DNA from: Syntrophales bacterium | GTDB lineage: Bacteria; Desulfobacterota; Syntrophia; Syntrophales; UBA2210 | DNA length: 64,000 bases | Assembly (NCBI GenBank): GCA_028718565.1 | Contig: JAQULO010000002.1 | Span: forward strand, 7,521 to 71,520 | Direction of reading: 5' to 3' | Shown here: piece after piece, positions 27,998-37,648 of the stretch | Position numbering within the stretch: the first letter of the stretch is position 1 | Layout: each line of letters starts with the position of its first letter | The notes under the pieces: model-generated | The model's input: only the letters and a program-made list of their open reading frames with translations | Databases searched by the model: none | What the model was told of the DNA's origin: nothing | Translations under genes and position numbers: made by a program

Positions 27998-28981
27998 ATG
28001 ATCAGCGCAAATATCGCCGGAATTGCCGAGAAGATTTTACGTGAGGGTGAAAATGTCCTGTCTTTCGACGATGTCCGCGCGCTTGCCCATCTTCCTGAAG
28101 AAAACACCATAGATCTCCTGTACTGCGCGCATAGAATCAGGAAACACTATAAGAACGAACTCATTATCTGTTCCATTATCAATGCAAAGTCTGGACTCTG
28201 CACCGAGGACTGTGCATTTTGTTCGCAGTCGTCACATCACTCAACGGGAATAGACATATACCCCTTGCTGGACAAGGAAGAAATCGTCAGCCGGGCTCAT
28301 GACATGAAGAAAGCGGGCGCGACGAGATTCTCCATGGTAACAAGCGGAGTTATGCTCACGGATAAAGAGCTGAACACCGTCTGCAGTGCTGCGGAAACCA
28401 TCGCCAGGGAAACGAAGGTCACGGTATGCGGTTCTCTGGGCATGCTCGACGAATCCATGGCTGTCCGTCTCAGAAAAGGGGGCCTTTCCGTGTATCATCA
28501 CAATCTGGAAACCGCCCGGAGCCATTTCGATAGAGTATGTACCACCCACTCATATGATGAAGACATACAGACGGTAAAAAGCGCCGGGGCGACCGGCATG
28601 AGGGTGTGTTCGGGAGGTATTCTGGGCCTGGGTGAAAACTGGGAACAGCGCATGGAGCTTGCCTTCACCCTCAGGGAGCTTGACGTGGACGGGATTCCCC
28701 TGAATTTTCTGAACCCAATTCCAGGGACGCGCATGGAGGCCATGCCCCTGCTTTCACCCATGGAAGCACTGAGATGTATAGCCCTCTTCAGGCTGGTCAA
28801 CCCATCGAAGGATATCATTATTTGCGGCGGCAGGGAGGTGACGCTCAGGGATTATCAATCTTGGATATTTTTTGCCGGTGCCAATGGTCTCATGATCGGC
28901 AATTATCTGACAACGCAGGGACGAAATATCCAGATGGATATCGATATGCTGAAACAGAGCGGGACAGAATACCTCAGCTAA
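27998..28981 (+). CDS. bioB: biotin synthase
   Basis: Contains the radical SAM motif CTEDCAFCSQS. The start was set to the ATG at 27998, which is preceded by AAAGGAGGAG. Confidence 0.93.
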   Translation: MISANIAGIAEKILREGENVLSFDDVRALAHLPEENTIDLLYCAHRIRKHYKNELIICSIINAKSGLCTEDCAFCSQSSHHSTGIDIYPLLDKEEIVSRAHDMKKAGATRFSMVTSGVMLTDKELNTVCSAAETIARETKVTVCGSLGMLDESMAVRLRKGGLSVYHHNLETARSHFDRVCTTHSYDEDIQTVKSAGATGMRVCSGGILGLGENWEQRMELAFTLRELDVDGIPLNFLNPIPGTRMEAMPLLSPMEALRCIALFRLVNPSKDIIICGGREVTLRDYQSWIFFAGANGLMIGNYLTTQGRNIQMDIDMLKQSGTEYLS

Positions 28982-28990
28982 CGATAAGGC

Positions 28991-29716
28991 TTAAATATGC
29001 ATGACCCCTCTCGCCTTCCGGAGGTTTTTCCAGAAGGGCTTGTATAGGAAACTCTCTTCGCCCAGGCCGCAGAGCTGTTCGTACATCGGCCGAGTGACCG
29101 TAAAGGCGAGCAGCTCCGGGTCCAGATACCGGCGCATCGCGATATCCGTTGCGCCGATAATCGCCTGGGCGACGCCCAGGTCATCAAAGGGGGCGACCAG
29201 TTGGGAGCACCCCGACCCGAATGGCGCGATCACCGGGGCAGGATCGCCCGGCGCGCTGTAATACTGGGCGCCCGTCATGAGCAGGCCCATCTGATCGGGG
29301 TTGACAAAGAAGGTCACGCTCCTGAGATACTCATACTGATCCGCGCGTAGCGGACCGATGAGGATGTGGGGGTTTTTCTGGTCATACCCGGCACGGTAAT
29401 CCAGCCACTGGTTCATCGGGGCGTGCGATGCCTTCAGTCCCTCGTCATTCACGAGGAAGCTGACCATGTCCTCCCTCGACCGCGTTTCCGCGCCGCACAG
29501 CCAGTGACCGGCCCCACCGCAGCCGAAGTTCTCTTTCGTCAGGTGCAGAGTCTTTCCGCGAAGCCACTGCCGGTAGAAGGCGAACACACATGCCCGGGTG
29601 CCTGGTTTCGGTTTCACCAGCGGCTCGAACGGATGGATGTCGGGCGCGTCGTAGAACCCTATCAGAGGTATCTCCAGGCCGGCCTTCTCAAGCAGGTTTG
29701 TCGCATCAGGTTGCAT
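28991..29716 (-). CDS. DUF169-like protein of unknown function
   Basis: A 241-aa protein with GCGGAGHW and GSGCSQ motifs. The family call is from memory and tentative. Confidence 0.5.
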   Translation of the reverse strand: MQPDATNLLEKAGLEIPLIGFYDAPDIHPFEPLVKPKPGTRACVFAFYRQWLRGKTLHLTKENFGCGGAGHWLCGAETRSREDMVSFLVNDEGLKASHAPMNQWLDYRAGYDQKNPHILIGPLRADQYEYLRSVTFFVNPDQMGLLMTGAQYYSAPGDPAPVIAPFGSGCSQLVAPFDDLGVAQAIIGATDIAMRRYLDPELLAFTVTRPMYEQLCGLGEESFLYKPFWKNLRKARGVMHI

Positions 29717-30072
29717 ATCTGTCTCCTCTCTGTGTCGATTTAGGGGTCATGCCGGGTGTGTCTTTAAATTGTCCTCTTCACCGGCAGAAAGTTTTAAGCG
29801 CTGGACGGGCTGGACGGCGCTCCCCGCGATCCCCCTGACCGGGCTGTTCATGTGGTTTGCGTACGCCGACAGGGGGCATCATTCATGGTGTGTTCTTTAC
29901 CACACCACAGATTAAGTGTGTTGAGAGAATACGAAACTTTCCCTGAATTATCAATGATGATTATGCCCGTCCGGGATTGGGTCGAACAGAAAGCTTGCAA
30001 AATTCGTGCAAACGGAATACCTATCGATCACAGGTGAGAGACTGACCAGGCGGTACCGCGGGAACTGTATTT

Positions 30073-32145
30073 ATGGTGGACAACGAGACAACAGATATGA
30101 CGCTCTTCGTCAGGACGTCGGAAGCGGATATTACCGGCTGGGACAGGCGAAAGATCGTTGATGCCCTGATCCGGGAGGCCGGTGTGGACCTTGATACGGC
30201 GGAGGAGATAAGCCGGGAGGTGGCGGATCGGATCGCCTCATCGGGGATCGATATCCTTACCGCATCGCTGATACGAGAACTGGTGGATTCACGGCTGATC
30301 GAGCGGGGAATGAAGGAGGCGACGAAACTACATGCCCGCCTGGGGTTTCCTCTCTATGACGTGGGCCAGCTTATCCTGTACCGTAACAAGGAGAATGCCA
30401 ATATCCCCCACAGCCCCGAGGGGACAAACCTGACCCTGGCCCAGGGGATCAAGAAGGAATTCGCCATCCTCAATGTCTTCTCGGAGGATGTCGGGTATGC
30501 CCACATGGGGGGGGACATCCATATCCACAACCTGGGGTATGTGGACAGACCCTACTGCTCCTGTCAGTCTCTCGAATATATAAAGAAATTCGGGCTGAAT
30601 CTCCCCAATTCCCTTGCCGTCGCGGTGCCCGCAATGCACGCGGAGGTGCTGTTGTCGCACATGGTGAGATTTGCCGCCGCCCTTCAGGGTAACTTTGCCG
30701 GGGCCATCGGATGGGACGCCGTCAACCTCTTTTTCGCCCCCTATCTGGAGGAACTGACCGATCGGGAGGTCATGCAACTGGCGCAGAGGCTGATCTATGA
30801 ATTCGCCCAGCAGGCCGTTGGTAGAGGAGGGCAGACGATCTTTACCGATATACACCTCTACTGGGATGTCCCCCGGTATTTCAAGGACGTTCCCGCCATA
30901 GGCCCTGGGGGGGAGTATACGGGCAAGACTTACGGGGAGTACGAGAAGGATGCACAGCGGTTTGCCAGAGCCCTCTTCAAGGTACTCGGGAAGGGGGACG
31001 CTGCGGGGCGTCCCTTTGTCTTCCCCCGGCCCTTTGTGCATATAACGGAGAAGTTTTTCCGGGTTCCTGGTCACGAGGAGTTTCTGGATGCCGTTTGTAA
31101 TGTGGCCGCTGATAAGGGGAGTCCCCACTTTATCTTCGACAGAGATAACACCCTCAATATGTCCGAATGCTGCAACCTGGACATGAACGGCGCGGAAGAG
31201 ATGGTCGATGCGCGCGAGCCGTGGAAGATGCGTTATTTCGGCATCCAGAACGTGTCGATAAACCTCCCCCGACTGGGGTATAAGGCAGGGGGGGATGACA
31301 AGCGACTTTTTTCAATGATTGCCGATATCATGAGCCTTGCCGCGAAGGCCCACTTGCAGAAGCGGGACTTTATCGAAGGCCTTTTGTCGCACGGCGGTGA
31401 GGGCCCGTTATCCCTCCTGACCATGGGGTATGACGGTATGCCGTACCTGAGGATGAACCGGTCCGTATACCTTATGGGGATAATTGGCCTCAACGAACTG
31501 GTATGGGCGCATATGGGGCGTCAGCTCCATGAGGCGGAGATCCCCCGCGAGTTCGGGCGGGGCGTTGTCCGGTACATGAAAGAGGTCGCCGATACCCTGA
31601 CGAAGGCGCACGGCATACGATTTATCCTTCAGCAATCACCGGCGGAGAGTACCCCCTACCGCCTGGCACGGCTGGACCTGAAACATTTCTCTCCGACGGC
31701 GGGACATTTTGTGCGGGGCGACATATCGAAGGGAACTGTATATTATACCAACTCGACACTTCTCGCGGCATCATCGTCCATTGATCCTTTCGAGAGAGCG
31801 GCCTTTGAAGGTGCTATCCACCCCTTCATGGAGGGGCATGCCGCGACCTGTATATGGCTGGGTGACACGCGACCTGACCCGAAGGGCCTGGCCGGGTTTG
31901 TCAGGAAAGTCTTCATGGAGACCGAAAACCGGCATGTGGTATTCTCGCCCGAGTTCACCACCTGCCTGGAGTGCAACACGACGTCCAGGGGCATCACGGA
32001 CTCGTGCCCCTTGTGCGGTTCGGGTAATGTGGAGGGGATTGCCCGGGGCGCGGGATATTTTTCCCGGATGTCGAACTGGAACAAGGGAAAACTGGCGGAA
32101 CTGAGGGACCGCAAGAATCAGGGGGGCGCCTTCGGCGGGGTTTAG
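30073..32145 (+). CDS. nrdD: anaerobic ribonucleoside-triphosphate reductase (class III)
   Basis: Has an N-terminal ATP-cone, a C-terminal Zn site CLECN...CPLCG, and the glycyl-radical region IARGAGYFSR. Confidence 0.92.
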   Translation: MVDNETTDMTLFVRTSEADITGWDRRKIVDALIREAGVDLDTAEEISREVADRIASSGIDILTASLIRELVDSRLIERGMKEATKLHARLGFPLYDVGQLILYRNKENANIPHSPEGTNLTLAQGIKKEFAILNVFSEDVGYAHMGGDIHIHNLGYVDRPYCSCQSLEYIKKFGLNLPNSLAVAVPAMHAEVLLSHMVRFAAALQGNFAGAIGWDAVNLFFAPYLEELTDREVMQLAQRLIYEFAQQAVGRGGQTIFTDIHLYWDVPRYFKDVPAIGPGGEYTGKTYGEYEKDAQRFARALFKVLGKGDAAGRPFVFPRPFVHITEKFFRVPGHEEFLDAVCNVAADKGSPHFIFDRDNTLNMSECCNLDMNGAEEMVDAREPWKMRYFGIQNVSINLPRLGYKAGGDDKRLFSMIADIMSLAAKAHLQKRDFIEGLLSHGGEGPLSLLTMGYDGMPYLRMNRSVYLMGIIGLNELVWAHMGRQLHEAEIPREFGRGVVRYMKEVADTLTKAHGIRFILQQSPAESTPYRLARLDLKHFSPTAGHFVRGDISKGTVYYTNSTLLAASSSIDPFERAAFEGAIHPFMEGHAATCIWLGDTRPDPKGLAGFVRKVFMETENRHVVFSPEFTTCLECNTTSRGITDSCPLCGSGNVEGIARGAGYFSRMSNWNKGKLAELRDRKNQGGAFGGV

Positions 32146-32180
32146 GGGACGTAAAAAATCGGTGCAAACAATAACTTTTC

Positions 32181-32209
32181 TTGACAGTACGATTTACCTG
32201 GTATATAAG
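32181..32209 (+). promoter_or_regulatory. candidate sigma-70 promoter of the ilv leader
   Basis: TTGACA (32181..32186), a 17-nt spacer, then TATAAG, about 20 nt upstream of the leader ORF. Confidence 0.55.
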
Positions 32210-32228
32210 CGGGGCCAGGTGAGATGAT

Positions 32229-32327
32229 ATGAGAAAGACCGGAGCTACAAACATCCAGAGCGCGGGCATAATTATAGGCATCATTATAATTACCTCCTAT
32301 ATGTACGGGGGCTGGGTGATGGTTTGA
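32229..32327 (+). CDS. Ile-rich ilv leader peptide (32 aa)
   Basis: Own translation gives MRKTGATNIQSAGIIIGIIIITSYMYGGWVMV. It has 8 Ile (7 within an 8-residue stretch, several as ATA codons) and 2 Val. It lies between the promoter and a terminator just before ilvB. Confidence 0.65.
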   Translation: MRKTGATNIQSAGIIIGIIIITSYMYGGWVMV

Positions 32328-32350
32328 TCTTGTACGTATGTTTGACACTG

Positions 32351-32396
32351 AAACCGTTGCCGGTCCCGGCAACGGTTTTTTTATTTTGATGAGGAG
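32351..32396 (+). terminator. attenuator terminator upstream of ilvB
   Basis: AAACCGTTGCCGG-TCC-CGGCAACGGTTT followed by TTTTTTATTTT. It ends 9 nt before the ilvB GTG. Confidence 0.75.
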
Positions 32397-32404
32397 GTGG
32401 TAAA

Positions 32405-34108
32405 GTGGAACTGAGCGGGGCTCAAATATTAATACGATCATTTATGGAAGAGGGGGTCGATACCATTTTTGGATATCCCGGCGGCTCCGTTCTCGATATC
32501 TATGATGAACTGTACAAATCTTCAATCAAGCATATCCTGGTCCGTCACGAACAGGGCGCGGCCCACGCGGCCGATGGATATGCCCGGGCATCGGGGAAGG
32601 TGGGGGTGTGTCTCGTGACCTCGGGTCCCGGTGCTACCAACACGGTAACGGGTATAGCCACGGCGTACATGGACTCGATACCGATGGTCATTGTGACGGG
32701 ACAGGTTCAGACCCCCTTTATTGGGACAGATGCCTTTCAGGAGGCGGACATAACAGGGATTACGCGCCCATGCACGAAACACAATTTTCTGGTCAGGCGT
32801 GTCGATGAGCTGGCCAATACGGTGCGGGAGGCGTTCTATATTGCCCGTTCAGGCCGCCCCGGCCCCGTTCTCATCGATCTCCCAAAGGATATAATGCAGG
32901 CCAAAGCCGAGTACAGGGAGATGACCTCTCTCCGTCCGGGGGTCGCGGAACCGGTCTATCTGCCCGATGCCGGGCAACTCACCGAAACCCTTGACCTGAT
33001 CAAGAAGGCCAAGAAACCTGTTCTCCTCATTGGGGGGGGCATTATCCACGGCCGGGCGAGTGCCGAGCTAGTGGAATTTGCCCGTAAGGTCAACATGCCC
33101 GTTACCTCGACCCTCATGGGGCTTGGGGCCTTTCCCGGCACCGATCCCCTATGGATGGGTATGCTCGGAATGCACGGCACCTACTACGCGAATATGGCCA
33201 TCAGCAACTGTGACCTCCTTATCACTGTGGGGGTGCGGTTTTCCGATCGCGTGACCGGCAGGCTTGCCACTTTTGCCTCGAACGCCACCATCGTGCAGAT
33301 CGATATCGATGCCGCCTCGATAAACAAAAACGTTCTCGTTCATATACCGATTGTCAGCGACTGCAAAACAGCACTGAACCAGTTGAACGCCATGCTGGAC
33401 AGGAACGGGCTTGAGGCGATCAGGGAAGGGCACAGGGATTGGCTCGCCCAGATCGAGGGATGGAGAACCGAGGGGCCCATGGCCTACTGCCAGGGTGATA
33501 AGATCAAACCGCAGTGTGTCATCGAGACGCTTTATGCACTTACGAAGGGGAACGCCATCGTGGCGACCGAGGTGGGACAGAACCAGATGTGGACAGCACA
33601 GTTCTTCCGGTTCAATGAGCCGAACACCTTTCTCACCTCGGGGGGTCTCGGGACAATGGGCTACGGATTGCCTGCCGCCATCGGTGCCCAGGTTGCCTTT
33701 CCCGGCAGACTGGTCGTGGATATCGCCGGAGACGGGAGCATCCAGATGAATATCCAGGAACTTGCCACGGCTGTTAACTATAAACTCCCCGTGAAGGTGG
33801 TGATTCTCAATAACGGCTATCTCGGGATGGTACGTCAGTGGCAGGAGCTTTTCTATGATAAGCGGTACTCCAGCACTGACATCCGTGGCCAGTCTCCCGA
33901 TTTCGTAAAGCTTGCCGAGGCCTACGGGGCTCTAGGCCTGAGGGCCACGAAGCCGGAAGATGTGGCGGCGACTCTCACCCGGGGACTGGAGGCACCCGGA
34001 CCGGTGGTTATGGACTTTGTGGTTGAAGGCGAAGAGGGAGTCTATCCCATGGTGAATCCCGGAGCATCGCTGACGGATATGAAGTTGAGCGGCGGTATAG
34101 GAATGTAA
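32405..34108 (+). CDS. ilvB: acetolactate synthase large subunit (biosynthetic)
   Basis: A ThDP enzyme with the N-terminus GAQILIRSFMEEGVDTIFGYPGG and a GDGSIQMNIQEL ThDP motif. GTG start with a GAGGAGG SD. Confidence 0.93.
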   Translation: MELSGAQILIRSFMEEGVDTIFGYPGGSVLDIYDELYKSSIKHILVRHEQGAAHAADGYARASGKVGVCLVTSGPGATNTVTGIATAYMDSIPMVIVTGQVQTPFIGTDAFQEADITGITRPCTKHNFLVRRVDELANTVREAFYIARSGRPGPVLIDLPKDIMQAKAEYREMTSLRPGVAEPVYLPDAGQLTETLDLIKKAKKPVLLIGGGIIHGRASAELVEFARKVNMPVTSTLMGLGAFPGTDPLWMGMLGMHGTYYANMAISNCDLLITVGVRFSDRVTGRLATFASNATIVQIDIDAASINKNVLVHIPIVSDCKTALNQLNAMLDRNGLEAIREGHRDWLAQIEGWRTEGPMAYCQGDKIKPQCVIETLYALTKGNAIVATEVGQNQMWTAQFFRFNEPNTFLTSGGLGTMGYGLPAAIGAQVAFPGRLVVDIAGDGSIQMNIQELATAVNYKLPVKVVILNNGYLGMVRQWQELFYDKRYSSTDIRGQSPDFVKLAEAYGALGLRATKPEDVAATLTRGLEAPGPVVMDFVVEGEEGVYPMVNPGASLTDMKLSGGIGM

Positions 34109-34185
34109 AAAGGTTACTCTTCGAGGGGGGTTCCCTTCGGTCAGCAACCCCTTGGTACTATAACAGGAGAAAGGATTATGAAGTC

Positions 34186-34650
34186 ATGGAGGTAAAAGAG
34201 CATACGATTTCACTTCTGGTGCACAACAAGCCGGATGTGCTTGCAAGAATCGCCGGGACGTTCAGTGGGCGAGCGTACAATATTGAGAACATCAGCGCCA
34301 ACGTAACGCTGGACCCCAAGATTACGAAGATAACCATCGCCACTGTCGGGAATACGGCGACCATCACCCAGATTGAAAAGCAGCTCAAGAAACTGGTGGA
34401 TGTTATCGATGTGTCCCATGTAAGGACCATGTCCTCGATTCAGAGGGAGATGATCCTTGTCCGCGTGGAGGCCGACCGGGAGGGGGTTATGAAGGCCGTC
34501 GATGAGCTCGGCTGCCGGGTTCTGAAGGAAGGACCTGATTGCTTCATCCTCGAGCTGACTGGGGACAAGAAAGAGGTGGATCAGGCGTTGACCTATCTAG
34601 AGACCCTTGGTATTAAAAACATGAGCAGATCCGGAATGGTCGTCTTATAA
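34186..34650 (+). CDS. ilvN: acetolactate synthase small (regulatory) subunit
   Basis: Has an ACT domain, HTISLLVHNKPDVLARIAGTFSGRAYNIENI. Confidence 0.92.
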   Translation: MEVKEHTISLLVHNKPDVLARIAGTFSGRAYNIENISANVTLDPKITKITIATVGNTATITQIEKQLKKLVDVIDVSHVRTMSSIQREMILVRVEADREGVMKAVDELGCRVLKEGPDCFILELTGDKKEVDQALTYLETLGIKNMSRSGMVVL

Positions 34651-34676
34651 TTTAATGGTATATGAGGAGAAAAGAA

Positions 34677-35732
34677 ATGTCGAAGATGAACATTGGCGGT
34701 GTGATGGAAGAGGTTGTCACGGATGATGAATTTACCCTGGAGAAGGCCCGGGAGGTCCTGAAGGACGAGACCATAGCCATCCTCGGATATGGTGTACAGG
34801 GTCCGGGGCAGGGGCTCAACCTGCTCGACAACGGGTTCAAGGTGATCATCGGACAGCGCGAGAGCGAAAAAGAGTACTGGGACAAGGCCATTGCCGACGG
34901 ATTCGTCCCCGGAAAAACCCTCTTTCCGATCGAAGAGGCGGCAAAGCGCGGGACGATCGTCATGATGCTCCTCTCCGATGCCGGGCAGAAGATGGTATGG
35001 CCTGTGATCAAGCCGTATATGACCGAGGGGAAGGCCCTCTACTTTTCGCACGGTTTTTCCATTGTGTATAAGGAGCAGACCGGTGTTGTCCCGCCCGAGA
35101 ATATTGATGTCATCCTGGTCGCCCCCAAGGGATCGGGACTTACGGTCCGGAGAAACTTTCTTGACGGGAGCGGAATCAATTCCAGCATCGCCGTATTTCA
35201 GGACTACACGGGCCGCGCCTACGACAGGACCTGCGCGATCGGCATCGCCGTCGGTTCGGGATACCTCTTTCCAACCACCTTCGAAAACGAGGTCTACAGT
35301 GATCTGACCGGTGAACGGGGCGTCCTGATGGGGTGTCTGGCCGGGGTCATGGAGGCGCAGTACAATTGCCTCAGGAAGAACGGCCACACCCCCAGTGAGG
35401 CCTTCAACGAGACGGTGGAGGAACTGACACAGAGCCTGATCCGCCTGGTCGCAGAAAACGGGATGGACTGGATGTACGCCAACTGCAGTACCACGGCACA
35501 GCGTGGGGCCCTCGACTGGAAGGGCCGGTTCCGCGAGGCCGTAGTTCCCGTCTTCGATGATCTCTATGAGCGCGTTAAGTCCGGGAAGGAGACAGCGATC
35601 GTCCTTGACGTCAACAGCGCTCCCGACTACCGTGAAAAGCTTCAGGTGGAACTGGATGCAATCAAAAATATGGAGATGTGGCGGGCCGGCGCGGTTCTGC
35701 GTGAGCTCAGGCCGGAACGGCGGAAGAAGTAG
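34677..35732 (+). CDS. ilvC: ketol-acid reductoisomerase
   Basis: Contains [19 protein letters not shown]. The start was set to the ATG at 34677, 6 nt after GAGGAGA. Confidence 0.93.
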   Translation: MSKMNIGGVMEEVVTDDEFTLEKAREVLKDETIAILGYGVQGPGQGLNLLDNGFKVIIGQRESEKEYWDKAIADGFVPGKTLFPIEEAAKRGTIVMMLLSDAGQKMVWPVIKPYMTEGKALYFSHGFSIVYKEQTGVVPPENIDVILVAPKGSGLTVRRNFLDGSGINSSIAVFQDYTGRAYDRTCAIGIAVGSGYLFPTTFENEVYSDLTGERGVLMGCLAGVMEAQYNCLRKNGHTPSEAFNETVEELTQSLIRLVAENGMDWMYANCSTTAQRGALDWKGRFREAVVPVFDDLYERVKSGKETAIVLDVNSAPDYREKLQVELDAIKNMEMWRAGAVLRELRPERRKK

Positions 35733-35767
35733 CGACGAGGAACGATTTGGAAGAGAAGGGGGAGAGC

Positions 35768-37429
35768 ATGAGAAGCGATCTGATGACAAAGGGGTTGGAG
35801 CGCGCGCCTCACAGATCATTATACAAGGCAATGGGGTACACGGACGAAGAGCTGTCCAGGCCTATCATCGGTGTGGTGAACTCGGCAAATGAAATTATTC
35901 CCGGTCACATTCATCTCGATACCATTACCGATGACGTCAAGGCGGGGATCCGAATCGCGGGGGGGACCCCCGTGGTATTCCCCACGATTGGTGTGTGTGA
36001 CGGGATTGCCATGGGGCACGCCGGGATGAAGTACTCTCTGGCGAGCCGGGAACTGATAGCCGATTCCATCGAGATCATGGCGACGGCCCACCCCTTTGAC
36101 GGACTGGTCCTGATCCCCAACTGCGACAAGATTGTGCCCGGGATGCTCATGGCGGCGCTTCGGCTGAATATCCCCGCCATTGTCGTCAGTGGCGGCCCGA
36201 TGATGGCCGGGACCCATGACGGCAAAAGCGTCGATCTGATCAACGTCTTCGAAGGGGTCGGAAAGGTCAAGTCGGGCACGATGAACCAGGAGACGCTGGA
36301 TGAATTGGAGGACTGCGCCTGCCCCGGCTGCGGTTCATGCGCGGGGATGTTTACCGCGAATTCAATGAACTGTGTGACGGAGGCGCTCGGAATGGGTTTG
36401 CCTGGAAACGGGACCATCCCCGCCGTTACCGCCGCACGCAGAAGGCTCGCCAAGAAGGCGGGAATGCAGATCATGGAGCTTGTCAAGAAGGATATCAAAC
36501 CCCGTGATATCGCGACTCTCAATGCCTTTGAAAACGCCATTGCCGTCGACATGGCCCTGGGCTGTTCGACCAACACGGTTCTTCACATACCGGCGATCGC
36601 CCACGAGGCGGGAATTACCCTCGATCTCGATCTCTTCAACGCCATCAGCGAGAAGACGGCTAATATCTGCTACTTGAGCCCTGCCGGGCCCCATTATCTC
36701 CAGGACCTTGACGGCGCGGGAGGGATTCAGGCCGTGATGAAGGAGATCGGGGCGCTGGGGGTCATTAACCTTGATTCTCTGACGGTCACGGGAAAGACGG
36801 TGAAGGAAAATCTCAAAGGCGTGTCCGTAAAGAACAGGGATGTCATCAGGTCCGTAAAGGACCCCTACGGCAAAGAGGGGGGAATCGCCATACTGCGCGG
36901 GAATCTGGCCCCCGAGGGCGCCGTGGTCAAGCAGTCCGCCGTGTCCCCGGATATGATGGTAAACGAGGGGCGTGCCCGTGTATTCGATTCCGAGGATGAT
37001 GCCATCAAGGCAATCCTGGGAGGAAAGATACAGGGGGGCGACGTCGTTGTCATACGCTACGAAGGGCCCAAGGGAGGGCCCGGGATGCGTGAGATGCTCG
37101 CGCCGACATCTGCCATCGTAGGCATGGGGCTCGACCATTCTGTTGTTCTTTTGACTGACGGGAGGTTTAGCGGAGGAACCCGTGGCGCAGCCATAGGGCA
37201 TATATCCCCCGAAGCGGCCGAAGGGGGGGCCATCGGTCTTGTCAAGGAAGGGGACAGAATAGCCATCGACATCCCGAACAAGAGTATCGAACTAAAGGTA
37301 GACGAGAAGGAACTGACGAAGCGCAGAAAGGGCTTTGTCCCGAAAGAACCACTTATCAAGACGGGCTATCTCGCGCGATATGCGAAGATGGTCACATCGG
37401 CCAGCACGGGCGCAATCTTCAAAGATTAA
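35768..37429 (+). CDS. ilvD: dihydroxy-acid dehydratase
   Basis: Contains [32 protein letters not shown] and [17 protein letters not shown]. The start was set to the ATG at 35768. Confidence 0.94.
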   Translation: MRSDLMTKGLERAPHRSLYKAMGYTDEELSRPIIGVVNSANEIIPGHIHLDTITDDVKAGIRIAGGTPVVFPTIGVCDGIAMGHAGMKYSLASRELIADSIEIMATAHPFDGLVLIPNCDKIVPGMLMAALRLNIPAIVVSGGPMMAGTHDGKSVDLINVFEGVGKVKSGTMNQETLDELEDCACPGCGSCAGMFTANSMNCVTEALGMGLPGNGTIPAVTAARRRLAKKAGMQIMELVKKDIKPRDIATLNAFENAIAVDMALGCSTNTVLHIPAIAHEAGITLDLDLFNAISEKTANICYLSPAGPHYLQDLDGAGGIQAVMKEIGALGVINLDSLTVTGKTVKENLKGVSVKNRDVIRSVKDPYGKEGGIAILRGNLAPEGAVVKQSAVSPDMMVNEGRARVFDSEDDAIKAILGGKIQGGDVVVIRYEGPKGGPGMREMLAPTSAIVGMGLDHSVVLLTDGRFSGGTRGAAIGHISPEAAEGGAIGLVKEGDRIAIDIPNKSIELKVDEKELTKRRKGFVPKEPLIKTGYLARYAKMVTSASTGAIFKD

Positions 37430-37456
37430 AAGCACCGTCAGACGACAAATCTCCTC

Positions 37457-37495
37457 AAAAGAGCCTTCCCCTGTGGGAAGGCTCTTTGTTTTTTG
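37457..37495 (+). terminator. rho-independent terminator after ilvD
   Basis: AAAAGAGCCTTCCC-CTGT-GGGAAGGCTCTTT followed by GTTTTTTG. Confidence 0.8.
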
Positions 37496-37648
37496 CTCCC
37501 CATCTGCCCGGGAGCGACTATGCCAGCGTGTATAGAAAACCAAAGAACTGTAGAACTCGAAGGCCACTCTTGGCCATTCTATGAAATGATTCAAGATCGG
37601 CGCGTGTTCGGAAACGGCGCACTCTTCAGAGAGGAGGTGAGGCGCCTC

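Noticed and set aside
34593-35831. A 412-aa minus-strand ORF across ilvC. Similar long ORFs opposite real genes include 2492..3265, 3814..4761, 7935..8768, 9366..10259, 10468..11823, 30328..31128, 36362..37201, 38132..38926, 42683..43621 and 58400..58951.
   Set aside because: Each lies antisense to a gene with clear family motifs. Their products are low-complexity (Arg/Pro/Gly/Leu-rich) with no recognisable domains. This is the usual stop-codon-poor antisense frame of GC-rich coding DNA.
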